Below are positions 8,770-18,646 of a stretch of 64,000 nucleotides of DNA, piece after piece. The DNA is from Candidatus Uhrbacteria bacterium (GTDB lineage: Bacteria > Patescibacteriota > Patescibacteriia > UBA9934 > GWF2-40-263): the NCBI GenBank assembly GCA_043805995.1, contig JAZDHJ010000059.1, positions 71 to 64,070 on the forward strand, in the 5' to 3' direction. The translations under genes and the position numbers were made by a program. The notes beneath the pieces are model-generated. The model did not search any database, was not told the DNA's origin, and saw only the letters and a program-made list of their open reading frames with translations. Every line of letters begins with the position of its first letter. The first letter of the stretch is position 1.

Positions 8770-10158
8770 TCAAATCTCCTTTATCTCCACAAAATTTACC
8801 CGTTTACCGACTGGCTGACCAGCTAAAATGATTATTTTTTCTCCCTGTTTAACCAAATGTTCTTTTTTTAATCTTTTAATGGATTTGGCAATCAAATCAT
8901 CAATATTAAAAGTTTTAGGAATGGCGATAGGCGAGACAGCCCAGGATAAACACAATTGATGGCGAACAAATTCGGAAGCGGTGGCGGAAATAATCGGTAG
9001 TTCTGGTCTAAAACGGCTAACCAATCGCGCAGTACTACCGGAAAGTGTAGCTACTAAAATAGCATTGGCCTTAACTGTACGAGACAATAAGTTGGCCGCG
9101 CCGCCAATAGCATCCTCGATAACTTTTACAAAACCCGCCGCCTCATCTGGCGAAACATCGTCAAAAGGTGAGGCCTCGGTTTCCATAATAATTTTTGCCA
9201 TGGTCTCGACGGCCTCGACCGGGTATTTACCGGTTGCGGTTTCACCCGACAACATGACGGCGTCGGTGTGATCAATAACCGCATTGGCAACGTCGGAAAC
9301 CTCGGCCCGCGTCGGTCGAGGATTTCGGATCATGGAATCGAGCATTTGGGTGGCCACAATAACTGACTTACCAATTGTCCGGCACTTTTCAATTATTTCT
9401 TTTTGCACTAAAGGCACCTGCTCGGCCGGAATCTCGATTCCTAAATCACCACGAGCCACCATGACGGCGTCGACTTCTTTGAGAATTTCATCGAAACGAC
9501 GAACCGCTTCGTGCTTTTCGATTTTCGCAATAATCATGGGAATTGGTTGACTGGCTTTGGCTTTTGTTTTTAAAAGACGTCGCAGATTGCGAATGTCTTT
9601 AGGATCAGTCACAAACGACATGGCGACATAATGTACGCCTTCACGGACACAAAAAGCCGCATCTAAACGGTCTTTTTCGGTAAGTGGTTCAATTTTTAGC
9701 GTTGAGTCGGGAAAATTTAAACCTTTATGAGAAGTAAGCGTGCCACCGACGTTAACTTTAATTTTTAAAAATCCGGACTTACCGCCGATACACTCGCCAT
9801 CCATAATTCCATCATCAAGCAAAATCCGATCGCCTTTTTTGACGTCACGAAAAAGATTCGGATAAGTGACTGGAACCTCAATTGTTTCTCCTTTAACAAT
9901 TTTCAAACCTGCCGCCGGCAAATCACCAACTCTAATTTTTGGTCCTTGGAGATCACCAATAATAGCAATCGGTTCACCAAGTTTTTTCTCAACCGCTCGA
10001 ATACTTCTAATCGTCGCCCGATGACTTTTATAATCACCATGCGACAAATTTAATCGAGCCACGTTCATACCACTGCGAATCAATCGGGTAAGTTTAACAG
10101 TTGATGAAGAAGCTGGACCGATGGTGCAAACTATTTTAGTTCTTTTTTGTGGTTTCAT
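8770..10158 (-). CDS. pyk: Pyruvate kinase
   Basis: RTKIVCTIGPAS, ARLNLSHG, IAKIE, MVARGDLG, ATQMLDSM, AVMLSGETA. Confidence 0.97.
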   Translation of the reverse strand: MKPQKRTKIVCTIGPASSSTVKLTRLIRSGMNVARLNLSHGDYKSHRATIRSIRAVEKKLGEPIAIIGDLQGPKIRVGDLPAAGLKIVKGETIEVPVTYPNLFRDVKKGDRILLDDGIMDGECIGGKSGFLKIKVNVGGTLTSHKGLNFPDSTLKIEPLTEKDRLDAAFCVREGVHYVAMSFVTDPKDIRNLRRLLKTKAKASQPIPMIIAKIEKHEAVRRFDEILKEVDAVMVARGDLGIEIPAEQVPLVQKEIIEKCRTIGKSVIVATQMLDSMIRNPRPTRAEVSDVANAVIDHTDAVMLSGETATGKYPVEAVETMAKIIMETEASPFDDVSPDEAAGFVKVIEDAIGGAANLLSRTVKANAILVATLSGSTARLVSRFRPELPIISATASEFVRHQLCLSWAVSPIAIPKTFNIDDLIAKSIKRLKKEHLVKQGEKIIILAGQPVGKRVNFVEIKEI

Positions 10159-10167
10159 ATTGTTTTT

Positions 10168-10385
10168 TTGGGGTTAAGGGGACGGAAGGGGTTAAAGGGG
10201 TTGCAGAGGGTTTTAAGTTGGGTCGGAGTTTTGTTGGTTATTATCGGAGGGTGGTTTTTAGGTGATTAAAAAGGTGATTATTTTTTTGATAGTTAATAAC
10301 TCACCAATCATCTAAATAATCACTCTAATCAACACCAAATAAAATCCTCTACAACCCCTTCCGCCCCTTAAACCCCTTATTCCCT
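10168..10385. repeat. Long imperfect inverted repeat built from ~9-10-bp periodic G-rich and C-rich arms
   Basis: ggggttaaggggacggaaggggttaaagggg ... ccccttccgccccttaaaccccttattccc, with inner ggtgatt/aatcacc arms; the same architecture occurs at 42405-42740. Confidence 0.7.
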
Positions 10386-10387
10386 AA

Positions 10388-11584
10388 TTACTCCTCCTTA
10401 TACTCCTCAAGCGTCACCAACAATTCCAACGTCTCCTCGCCGCGCAAGACGGTCAGTTTCAAAACGTCGCCAGACAAATGTTCACGAACGACTTTTGATA
10501 AAGAATTTTCTTCGGTTAAAATTTCACCGTCAACTTTTGTCACAACGTCACCGGTTTTCAAACCAGCTTTATCGGCCGGGCCATCTTTAACAATTGCTTC
10601 ATCGCCCTCATCAGCCGAAATCAAAGCTCCAACTTCAACCGGCAAACTTTCCGCCTCGGCGTATTCTTTATTGATCATAAGAAAACGCACACCGAGCCAA
10701 GGCCGAATAATTCGCCCGTCTTTTTTGACACTCTCGATGGCCTGCTTAATCTCATTAACCGGAATGGCAAAACCCAAACCCTGACCGTCAGAACTAACAG
10801 CTGTATTCATACCAATAACCTCACCTAACAAATTGATAAGCGGACCACCGGAATTTCCTAAATTAATAGCGGCGTCAGTTTGAATAGCGCCTTCAATAAC
10901 TTCACCACCGCTCAAATTATCATAAGTTTCCAGACGACGATTAACGCCCGAAATTACGCCTTTGGTAACGGTGTTTTGATATTGAGAAAGAGCATTGCCA
11001 ATAGCAATAACTGTTTGTCCAACTTCCAAATTGTCGGCGTCACCAAAAACCACCGTTGGAAAATTAGCCCCTTCGATTTTTAAAATCGCAATATCAAAAA
11101 ACGGATCAATATCAACAACTTTTGCTTCGTATTCTTTATCATCAAGAGTTACCACGGTAAAGAAAGCGTCTTCCTCTTCTACCACATGACGATTGGTTAC
11201 GACATAACCATCACTCGTAACAAAAAAACCAGTCCCGGCCCCGACCTCGACAAGCTTATCTGGATCTTCAATTTTTGGTTCAACTGGAGCCTCTTGGCCA
11301 AAAAAGAAGAGATTCATGGAATTGGTTTGAACGTCCTTAGCTTTCTTTTTTATAACGATGCTCACCACAGCCGGCGTGACTCGATCAACCACACTAATGG
11401 CCGAAGATTCTTCCTCGATCATTTGGATAATATTTTTATCAACTTGATCTGAGACAGAAAACAATCTACCTGATAAAGAAAAATATTGATTGGCCAAAAA
11501 ACCGCCAAGCACACCGAATGAGGTGGAGATGAGGACGGTAATGGCTAGTAAAACTATGAGGGTTGTAGATTGTTTGTTTTCCAT
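10388..11584 (-). CDS. htrA: HtrA/DegP-family serine protease with N-terminal TM and PDZ domain
   Basis: GTGFFV, TNRHVV, QTDAAINLGNSGGPL, PWLGV PDZ; start MENKQ at 11584. Confidence 0.93.
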   Translation of the reverse strand: MENKQSTTLIVLLAITVLISTSFGVLGGFLANQYFSLSGRLFSVSDQVDKNIIQMIEEESSAISVVDRVTPAVVSIVIKKKAKDVQTNSMNLFFFGQEAPVEPKIEDPDKLVEVGAGTGFFVTSDGYVVTNRHVVEEEDAFFTVVTLDDKEYEAKVVDIDPFFDIAILKIEGANFPTVVFGDADNLEVGQTVIAIGNALSQYQNTVTKGVISGVNRRLETYDNLSGGEVIEGAIQTDAAINLGNSGGPLINLLGEVIGMNTAVSSDGQGLGFAIPVNEIKQAIESVKKDGRIIRPWLGVRFLMINKEYAEAESLPVEVGALISADEGDEAIVKDGPADKAGLKTGDVVTKVDGEILTEENSLSKVVREHLSGDVLKLTVLRGEETLELLVTLEEYKEE

Positions 11585-11590
11585 ATGGTA

Positions 11591-11736
11591 GGGGTTACGA
11601 ATCACGAATTTTGACACGAATCTACGAATCAACGAAATTGGTTTTTATTTTCAAAACAACATTCGTTGATTCGCCGTGCCCATCCGTAGCTCGTCACGAG
11701 CGAAGGTGGGTGACACAATTCGTTATTCGTAACTGC
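11591..11736. repeat. ACGAAT-periodic palindromic element with a family-A insertion (11674-11710)
   Basis: Ends ggggttacgaatcacgaat / attcgttattcgtaactgcc; related to 18647-18879 and 36235-36431. Confidence 0.7.
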
Positions 11737-11805
11737 CAAGAAATTATACCAGAAAAAAGATTAAGAAAACAGTGGAAAAAAGATGAAAAAATTATGAAAA
11801 AAAAT

Positions 11806-11834
11806 GTAGAGACAGGGCATTACCCTGTCTCTAC
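11806..11834. repeat. GTAG-type REP-like hairpin
   Basis: GTAGAGACAGGGCA-T-TACCCTGTCTCTAC; relatives at 18792, 36348 and 53210. Confidence 0.75.
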
Positions 11835-11875
11835 GCCGTTTTACATTTTTTTAAATTTTTGGCTTTTTTACTTCA

Positions 11876-11998
11876 TAGGACTTTCTCATTTGGCTGCAGA
11901 ACGAGGAAAAACCTGAATTTTTTGTGAGACGTATGCCTTATACGTTGAACAAAAAATTCAGGCTTTGACGAAGTTATGCGCCAAATGTGAAAGTCCTA
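11876..11998. repeat. ~123-bp structured palindromic element, copy 1; its end supplies the ftsZ TAG stop
   Basis: TAGGACTTTC...GAAAGTCCTA termini, nested stems, central ACGTAT..ATACGT. Confidence 0.85.
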
Positions 11999-13270
11999 CA
12001 TCATCTTTTTCCGAATAAACGCCGGGATCTCCAATTCCTCTTCCTCGGTTGTCTGTTGCGGTTGTGGAATTGAAATTGGTCTTGGGGTTAATTTTGGTTG
12101 CGGTTGTTGCAGTGGCGGCATGTTTACATTAATTGGCCGTGATTGAGTTTGTTCGTCGATAAAACGTGGTTTCATGTTGGTTGATGGTGGTTGGAGTGAA
12201 GAGGGTTTTGTTTGATGCTTTTCTTCCTCTTCACGATCACGGCGGGAGAAAAAAGAACTGGGTGTCCAAGTGCCTTGGGATTGAACCTCTACCCCACCAC
12301 CTGGACGACGACGATCGTGATGATCAAAGCCAGTGGCGACTACAGTAACTCTAACCTCTTCATTTAAACTTTCGTCGATGTTGGCACCGAAAATAACCTT
12401 AGCATCTTCATCGGCTGAACTGGTAATAATTTTAGCGGCCTCGGCCACCTCGTGCATACCCAAATCCTTACCGCCGGTAATGGTAAACAAAATGCCTTTA
12501 GCACCATCAACCGAGAGCTCGAGGAGTGGACTGGCAATAGCCTGCTTAGCCGCCTCAACGGCTCGATTTTCACCAGTCGCTCGGCCAATACCCATAAGTG
12601 CCGAACCAGCATTTTCCATGATGGCTCTAACGTCGGCAAAGTCGACGTTAATAAGACCTGGAATAGTAATAAGTTCTGAAATACCTTGCACACCCTGACG
12701 CAAAACATCGTCGACGATATTAAAGGCATCGAGGAGCGAAGTTTTTTTATCAATAATTTGTAAAACCCGATCATTAGGAATGGTAATCACTGTATCAACA
12801 TACTGAAGAAGTTCAGCAAAACCTTCTTCGGCAATTCGACGGCGTTGGGCGCCTTCGAATGAGAATGGTTTTGTGACCACGGCTACAGTAAGAGCACCAA
12901 TATCTTTTGCTAATTTAGCAACCTCGGGAATAGCACCGGTACCGGTTCCGCCGCCCAAACCACAAGTTAAAAAAACCATGTCCGCACCATTAAGTGCATT
13001 ACGAATATCATTCTGACTTTCCTCGGCCGAACGACGACCAAGTTCCGGATTCATACCAGCTCCCAAACCGCGGGTAATACTTTTACCAATGGCAATTTTA
13101 GTTGGGGCGGGATTATTATGAAGAGCCTGAACATCAGTGTTGATAGCAATAAAATCAACACCTTTTATTTTGTCGCTGATCATGCGAATAACGGCCGCGC
13201 CACCACCGCCGCCAATACCGCAAACTTTTATTTTAGCGAAGGTTTCAATGTCCGGTTGTACTTGTGCCAT
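11996..13270 (-). CDS. ftsZ: Cell division protein FtsZ
   Basis: GLGAG, GLGGGTGTG, NVDFAD, C-terminal LEIPAFIRKK; start MAQVQ at 13270. Confidence 0.98.
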   Translation of the reverse strand: MAQVQPDIETFAKIKVCGIGGGGGAAVIRMISDKIKGVDFIAINTDVQALHNNPAPTKIAIGKSITRGLGAGMNPELGRRSAEESQNDIRNALNGADMVFLTCGLGGGTGTGAIPEVAKLAKDIGALTVAVVTKPFSFEGAQRRRIAEEGFAELLQYVDTVITIPNDRVLQIIDKKTSLLDAFNIVDDVLRQGVQGISELITIPGLINVDFADVRAIMENAGSALMGIGRATGENRAVEAAKQAIASPLLELSVDGAKGILFTITGGKDLGMHEVAEAAKIITSSADEDAKVIFGANIDESLNEEVRVTVVATGFDHHDRRRPGGGVEVQSQGTWTPSSFFSRRDREEEEKHQTKPSSLQPPSTNMKPRFIDEQTQSRPINVNMPPLQQPQPKLTPRPISIPQPQQTTEEEELEIPAFIRKKMM

Positions 13271-13283
13271 ATAAATGTTGTTC

Positions 13284-13407
13284 CAGAACTTCCTCGTTTG
13301 GCGCATAACTTCGTCAAGACCTATATTTTTTCGTTCAACGTATTCGCATACGTCTCACAAAAAAATATAGGTCTTTCCTTGTTCTGCATCCAAACGAGAA
13401 AGTTCTG
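13284..13407. repeat. ~124-bp structured palindromic element, copy 2 (inverted relative to copy 1), just upstream of ftsZ
   Basis: Its reverse complement aligns along the full length with 11876-11998, with compensatory stem changes. Confidence 0.85.
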
Positions 13408-13598
13408 TGTTCAAGTGAGTTACCGATGAACACTTTTTGTCGTCATTTAAATCTCTTCAGGACTACTTTAGAGCTCAAGAGGGTCAATTGTAAAGGCAGG
13501 CCTGTGGACAAATAAACTCTTGGAAATTAATGAATTATTTAATTATTGAATTTCTGAATTATGGAGGGTTATTTATTTTAAAATATTTTTCTTCAAAC

Positions 13599-13626
13599 AA
13601 AAAAATGGATCATCCGTAGATGATCC
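13599..13626 (-). terminator. Intrinsic terminator after the HD-domain gene
   Basis: GGATCATC-loop-GATGATCC stem followed by a T-tract on the minus strand. Confidence 0.6.
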
Positions 13627-13690
13627 GAGCGTCGAGTGGTTTTGATTTCGAAGAACGAATCTGGTTCGAAGTGATTCAAGAAACTGCGAA

Positions 13691-14509
13691 TTACGCCGCT
13701 TCCTGAGTCGCCTGGAGTTCCAGGAGACGCTCAATAAGAACCAAAACTTGGGCCTGCCTCGGCAGGAGTTCCTCTTCCAGGTACCGTTCTGGCAAGATGT
13801 GTCGCACCGCCTCAACCATGGGCCAGGTGGCTTGATGGTTGTAGACAAGGCAACTGAGCAAGTCTGAATTCTTGTAGTCACCCATCTTGTCCACCGGAAT
13901 GATCGAGCATCCCTGTCCATCACCGCTGAGATACTGACGAAGATCAGCGATGGTGTGCCGGCTCAGGGTTGGTTTACCCTTTAAGGCCCAAGATGTCCTG
14001 GTTATTCCAGCGTCGGCATGGTCACAGATGACCAGCAGACCGAGCAACTTTTCACCAAGCGTTTCGGCCCGGGCGATTTGAAGACCGACCAGCCCTTGGC
14101 TGTGATTTGCAATCGCGAAGTAAACCGCCGCTTTTTCTTCTTCGTTCAGGCCAGCGATCGGCATGAGCCAGAACAGCACAGCCGAAAGTATAGCGTGATC
14201 GATGAACTTTAGATTGTTTAGATCAGTCTTGGCAGCAGCAACGGCCATATCGACATCGGTCGATTTAACCTCTGGATAAGCGAAGTCACCCAGTCGACCG
14301 AGGTCATGAAGCTCCGCAGCCAAGATGAGCAGCTCACCCAACCGCCGATCCTCAAGGAAATCAGCGAGCAGTATTGCTTCTGCCCGCACGCGACGAACAT
14401 GACGTCCCCCGTGGATGGGTTCTGTCCACCATGAACCGTCGCCTTTCGGTGATAGTTCCATGGTCGCTCTGACATACGACCACACACCCTGAAGTGTTGT
14501 TGGTAACAA
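13691..14509 (-). CDS. HD-domain metal-dependent phosphohydrolase
   Basis: H..H..RV...AAELHDLGR...DHA...AIANHS...CDHAD; probable TTG start at 14509 after AAGGAGGGAGG. Confidence 0.8.
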   Translation of the reverse strand: MLPTTLQGVWSYVRATMELSPKGDGSWWTEPIHGGRHVRRVRAEAILLADFLEDRRLGELLILAAELHDLGRLGDFAYPEVKSTDVDMAVAAAKTDLNNLKFIDHAILSAVLFWLMPIAGLNEEEKAAVYFAIANHSQGLVGLQIARAETLGEKLLGLLVICDHADAGITRTSWALKGKPTLSRHTIADLRQYLSGDGQGCSIIPVDKMGDYKNSDLLSCLVYNHQATWPMVEAVRHILPERYLEEELLPRQAQVLVLIERLLELQATQEAA

Positions 14510-14591
14510 CGTCCCTCCCTCCTTTCTGAAAATCCAGTGGTGGAACACCAAAGGACAAAATAAAGTAACATACTAGACGAAAAAAATCAAT

Positions 14592-14619
14592 AAAAAAACA
14601 GGGCTTCTAACCCTGTTTC
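14592..14619 (-). terminator. Intrinsic terminator after ftsA
   Basis: AAACAGGG/CCCTGTTT stem plus T-tract on the minus strand. Confidence 0.55.
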
Positions 14620-14634
14620 AAAACTAATTTATTT

Positions 14635-15912
14635 TTACGGCCTCAGCGACTGAAACCACTTACCAACTGTCCCGGCTACGTCTTTCAAGCCTTTAACCTT
14701 ATCGAAAATTTTTCCTAATTTTCCATCGTCAACCTGAGCGGTTAGGTGGTGACCCCAAAGGACCAAGCCGATGGCTGTGGCCATAGATGGATCGTTTACT
14801 CGTTCAACGACTGAGGTGACGCCGATTGGCGTGCCAAGCGAGGCTGGCAGACGTAAATTTTTCTTGGCCGCTTCGACCATACCGTGCATTTTGGCCCCAC
14901 CGCCGGTTAAAACCACGCCAGCTGGCAACATGCCGGAACGACCGACTTTGCGAAGTTCCTCGTCAACCTTTTCAAAAATTTCCTGAACCCGAGCCGAAGC
15001 AATATCGGCAATAAAACGCCGACCGACAATCTCTTCTTCCTCAGCCCCAAGTTCGGCCAAATTAACTTCTTCCTTTTTATTAATTTCTTCTGGGGTAGCA
15101 CTGGCATAACGCAGCTTGGCTTTTTCGGCCACCTCGATAGAAGTTCGCAGACCGATAGCAATATCGGCCGTGATATGAGCGGCACCGATCGGCAAAACTG
15201 ACGCGTACAAAACATCACCTTCTTCAAAAACAATTAAACCGGTGGTGGAAGCGCCGATATTGATGACACAGACGCCAAGTTCTTTTTGTTTATTGGTAAT
15301 GACAGCATCAGAAGTGGCGAGGATTGATAAAACCACGTCTTCGATATCAATACCGGTACGATGAATACATTTTGTAAGATTTTTGATTTGCGAGGTTTGG
15401 CCTTGAACAATTAAAGCATCCACCTCGAGTCTGATACCAGTCATGCCAACCGGGTCGTTAATTCCCCGCTGACCATCGACCGTAAAACTGCGTGGCAGGA
15501 CATGCAAAATTTCACTGTTGGCTGGCATGGCCACCGTCCGAGCGGCATCGATAGCCCGTTCCACATCGTCCTCACGAATTTCACTATCACCACGAGCAAC
15601 CCCGACCACCCCACGGCTTTCCTGACAAGAAACGTGTGTGCCATTAATACCCACCCAAACTCGACTCATTGGCAGACCTGTAAGACGTTCGGCTTGTTCG
15701 AGGGCTTTGGAAACCGAAGAAACAGCATCCTCAATATTGGTGACGCCGCCTTTATTAACACCTTCAGAGGGAACCTCAACTGCCCCGATTATGTGAATAA
15801 CCGGCTTGCCAGTGTCGAGATGATTTCCAGTCGCCATAGCTATTGGTTGACCCACAGCCACCCGCACAGCATAAGAACCAATGTCTAAGCCAACTATTAT
15901 ATCTTCATTCAT
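14635..15912 (-). CDS. ftsA: Cell division protein FtsA
   Basis: VGLDIGS, PVGMTGIRLE, IGASTT, VVLTGGGA, C-terminal amphipathic helix. Confidence 0.97.
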   Translation of the reverse strand: MNEDIIVGLDIGSYAVRVAVGQPIAMATGNHLDTGKPVIHIIGAVEVPSEGVNKGGVTNIEDAVSSVSKALEQAERLTGLPMSRVWVGINGTHVSCQESRGVVGVARGDSEIREDDVERAIDAARTVAMPANSEILHVLPRSFTVDGQRGINDPVGMTGIRLEVDALIVQGQTSQIKNLTKCIHRTGIDIEDVVLSILATSDAVITNKQKELGVCVINIGASTTGLIVFEEGDVLYASVLPIGAAHITADIAIGLRTSIEVAEKAKLRYASATPEEINKKEEVNLAELGAEEEEIVGRRFIADIASARVQEIFEKVDEELRKVGRSGMLPAGVVLTGGGAKMHGMVEAAKKNLRLPASLGTPIGVTSVVERVNDPSMATAIGLVLWGHHLTAQVDDGKLGKIFDKVKGLKDVAGTVGKWFQSLRP

Positions 15913-15935
15913 ATCGTTCAAAGTATAACGACTTT

Positions 15936-16307
15936 TCAGCCGACTAACAAGTTAAGAAAGTGGGGAAGAAAAATTATCACCCCAATTACGGCGGCAAAAA
16001 GTGAGGCAATAAGCACGGTGGCCGCCATAATATCCTTTATTTCACCAACCACTGGATGAATCCGCGGCTTAAAAGTATCCACCAGACGCTCAAAGATACT
16101 ATTGATCATCTCCAGAACCAGAACCAAAACCACGAGTAACAAAACTATAATAATCTCAAAAACCGATAAAGGAAAAATAATCAGAAAAACTCCGACGACT
16201 AGAGCGGCCAATATTTGCAGACGAAAACTCTGCTCATCTTTTATCAAAGTTTTAACCCCTCGACAGGCGTGAGAAAAACTTTTCAATAAATCTTTTACAC
16301 GAACCAT
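15936..16307 (-). CDS. dgkA: Diacylglycerol/undecaprenol kinase family protein
   Basis: SF.HA..G, EMINSIFERLVD, IKDIMAATVL, three TM segments. Confidence 0.9.
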   Translation of the reverse strand: MVRVKDLLKSFSHACRGVKTLIKDEQSFRLQILAALVVGVFLIIFPLSVFEIIIVLLLVVLVLVLEMINSIFERLVDTFKPRIHPVVGEIKDIMAATVLIASLFAAVIGVIIFLPHFLNLLVG

Positions 16308-16311
16308 AATT

Positions 16312-16743
16312 TTAACCGGCTTCCGGCCGTTGCCAATTTATTTTTAAATTTTTCAAAATCTTCTGCTGCAAAAGAAACATTTTTTTTGCTTCAGTTTCCT
16401 TCAAATGGTCATAACCAAACAAATGAATCAAACCATGAACCAAAAGAATAGTTATTTCCTCTTCAAGCGAATGCTGATATTCCCTGGCCTGTTTTTTGGC
16501 TTGAGACAAACAAACCAAAACCTCACCAAAAGTTTCTTCGTCAATAAATGGAAACGACAAAACATCAGTCACCTTATCCTTACCTCGATACGATTTGTTT
16601 AATCGTTTAATTACTCCGGGTGTGACAAAAGCGATTGAAACCTGTTTGTCTTTTTTCAAACGCAAACCCCGAGAAACTTCTGACAGAATCTTTTCTTGAT
16701 TTTTTTTGGACAATGGCGATTTGTTCCATTCCGCTTTCAACAT
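16312..16743 (-). CDS. ybeY: rRNA maturation endoribonuclease YbeY
   Basis: LNKSYRGKDKVTDVLSF, HGLIHLFGYDH. Confidence 0.95.
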   Translation of the reverse strand: MLKAEWNKSPLSKKNQEKILSEVSRGLRLKKDKQVSIAFVTPGVIKRLNKSYRGKDKVTDVLSFPFIDEETFGEVLVCLSQAKKQAREYQHSLEEEITILLVHGLIHLFGYDHLKETEAKKMFLLQQKILKNLKINWQRPEAG

Positions 16744-16744
16744 A

Positions 16745-17764
16745 CTACTGAACCAAAACCAAACTATTTATCATCATTTCAAAAGTCGCCAGATAATCAA
16801 CCGTGGCTTTAACGGTATTTGAATAACTCATAATCACAACTCGACTACCAGCCTCGATGTAAACTGTCATTTGATCTTCAGTTACCAACATTTGATAACC
16901 GTTTTTAGTTTTTGATTCACTAATTTTTATATTTGAGGTCGGATTAGCATTACTAAACCAGGCAGCTAAAGGAATGGCCGCGTCTTTTTCTTCCAAACTC
17001 AAAATTACACTTTCACCGCTCGGCACAACAAAAACCATATTATTTAATTTTTCAGGCTCAGTTTTTGCTGTCCAAATTGTAGGATAATAAAGTGAGTAGA
17101 GATTCTCAACAGAATATTTTGTGACCAGGGCAGTATCGCTCAACTTGGCCGGTGAAGGCACATTTGGATCATAACCGTGAAAAACCTCATTACCGTCAAG
17201 AAAACCATCACTATCAGTGTCTGGTTTTTTAGAACTGGTGCGATAAAAAATTTCTTCGGCATCAGTCAAACCATCACTGTCAGTATCACGACCGGGTTGA
17301 GAGTTATTTGGAAAAGGCGAAGTAGTTGTTCCGCCTGTAGTCACCGGTGGAGTTTCCACTACAACCGGCGGGGTTTCTGTAATTGTCACCGGTGGAGCGG
17401 TATTGACCGGTTTGTTGGTAGTAATGGTTTGATTATTTTTAACCGGCTGAAGTGAATAAAAAACATAAATACCAGCCGAACTTAAAACCATCAAGAGAAC
17501 CACGCCGGCAATAATGATCAGCTTAGTGGTTTTGGCCAGGCCTTTCTTTTTCAAAATCGAAACCGGTTTTACTGGCGGTGGCGGTGGAACCGGTTTAACC
17601 GGAACCGGAGCCGCCGATTGAGTAGCGGCCGGCTTAATTACCGGCGGATTCACCCTAGCCGCCAAACCGCGAAAACTTTCAGGCATAGCAAAAATTTGCG
17701 GCTCGCTTTGAGACGGTTTTGCCCCTGGCGGAGTTTCTAATTTTGGTAATTGAACGTCGGGCAT
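16745..17764 (-). CDS. Single-TM protein: Pro-rich N-terminus, DxDxDG Ca-binding (TSP3-like) repeats, probable PsbP-like C-terminal domain
   Basis: DTDSDGLTDAEE, DTDSDGFLDGNEV..GYDP; YSLYYP..W...FEMMINSL. Confidence 0.85.
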   Translation of the reverse strand: MPDVQLPKLETPPGAKPSQSEPQIFAMPESFRGLAARVNPPVIKPAATQSAAPVPVKPVPPPPPVKPVSILKKKGLAKTTKLIIIAGVVLLMVLSSAGIYVFYSLQPVKNNQTITTNKPVNTAPPVTITETPPVVVETPPVTTGGTTTSPFPNNSQPGRDTDSDGLTDAEEIFYRTSSKKPDTDSDGFLDGNEVFHGYDPNVPSPAKLSDTALVTKYSVENLYSLYYPTIWTAKTEPEKLNNMVFVVPSGESVILSLEEKDAAIPLAAWFSNANPTSNIKISESKTKNGYQMLVTEDQMTVYIEAGSRVVIMSYSNTVKATVDYLATFEMMINSLVLVQ

Positions 17765-17884
17765 ATTTGTTGGCTGAAATTTCAAATGACAAATTATTGA
17801 ATGTCAAATGATGGATTTTTATTTTTCTAAAAAATTAAGCTTCCTTCATTAGACATTTGACATTCGATCAATTTGAAATTTCCA

Positions 17885-18541
17885 TTATTCCCCTTCAGTA
17901 ACCGGCAACTCAAACAATTTGCCGGCGCCGTTTGGATTGTAGCCGCTTTTAACTTCATCGCCATCTTTATAACTATCACCGTCAGTATCCGGCGACAGAG
18001 GATTAGTGTGATAGACTTCAACTTCTTCGCGGTCAAACAAACCATCGTCATCAGTATCAGTTGAGGTTGGGCTGGTTCCAAGTTCAGCTTCACGAGTGTC
18101 GGTTAGACCATCTTTATCAGTATCAACCTCAACCACCGGTTCGACTACCGGCGTCTGAACCTCGGTTTTGACAGGAGGAGTTGTTGGGATAGTTTCGGTT
18201 TTTACTTGAGTGTTCGCAGTATTGGCAAGATTGTTAACACTTTCAGTAACCGGTTTAGAACTCGAGAGAATGTATCTGGACAACATGGCTCCGGCGGCAA
18301 TAACCACGATCGCCCCAAGAGCAATCAAAACAATCGGTTTCCAAGCAATGGTTTTAGCCGGTTTCACTTCGCTACCAACCGACGGCATACCAGGCGGAGT
18401 TGCAATGTTTGATGGTGGTGGTTGAATAGGTGGAACAGTTGGGCCAGTTGAGGGTACGGGATTACGAAAAGGTGGTGGTACAGGCGATTGATCAACTGAG
18501 GCAAAAATATCTTCGGGTGGTTTTTTTAGTTCGTCGAACAT
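17885..18541 (-). CDS. Single-TM protein with Pro-rich N-terminus and three DTDxDG Ca-binding repeats
   Basis: DTDKDGLTD, DTDDDGLFD, DTDGDSYKDGDEV..GYNPNG.GKL; start MFDELK. Confidence 0.85.
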   Translation of the reverse strand: MFDELKKPPEDIFASVDQSPVPPPFRNPVPSTGPTVPPIQPPPSNIATPPGMPSVGSEVKPAKTIAWKPIVLIALGAIVVIAAGAMLSRYILSSSKPVTESVNNLANTANTQVKTETIPTTPPVKTEVQTPVVEPVVEVDTDKDGLTDTREAELGTSPTSTDTDDDGLFDREEVEVYHTNPLSPDTDGDSYKDGDEVKSGYNPNGAGKLFELPVTEGE

Positions 18542-18564
18542 ATGGGTTGAAATTTCTAAATTAT

Positions 18565-18620
18565 TCCCCGCCGGCATAGGATTTTGGCGGGGTCCCGCCA
18601 AAGGCCTCCGCCGGCGGGAT
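18565..18620. repeat. Family-B double hairpin (TCCCGCC...GGCGGG-TCCCGCC...GGCGGGA)
   Basis: Near-identical copy at 45751-45805; relatives at 18671, 33469, 36258 and 60032. Confidence 0.8.
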
Positions 18621-18646
18621 AATTATTGAATTATTGAATTATTGGG

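Noticed and set aside
13271-13306. Longer ftsZ start (MRQTRK...)
   Set aside because: It lies inside the palindromic element; MAQVQ is the more plausible N-terminus.
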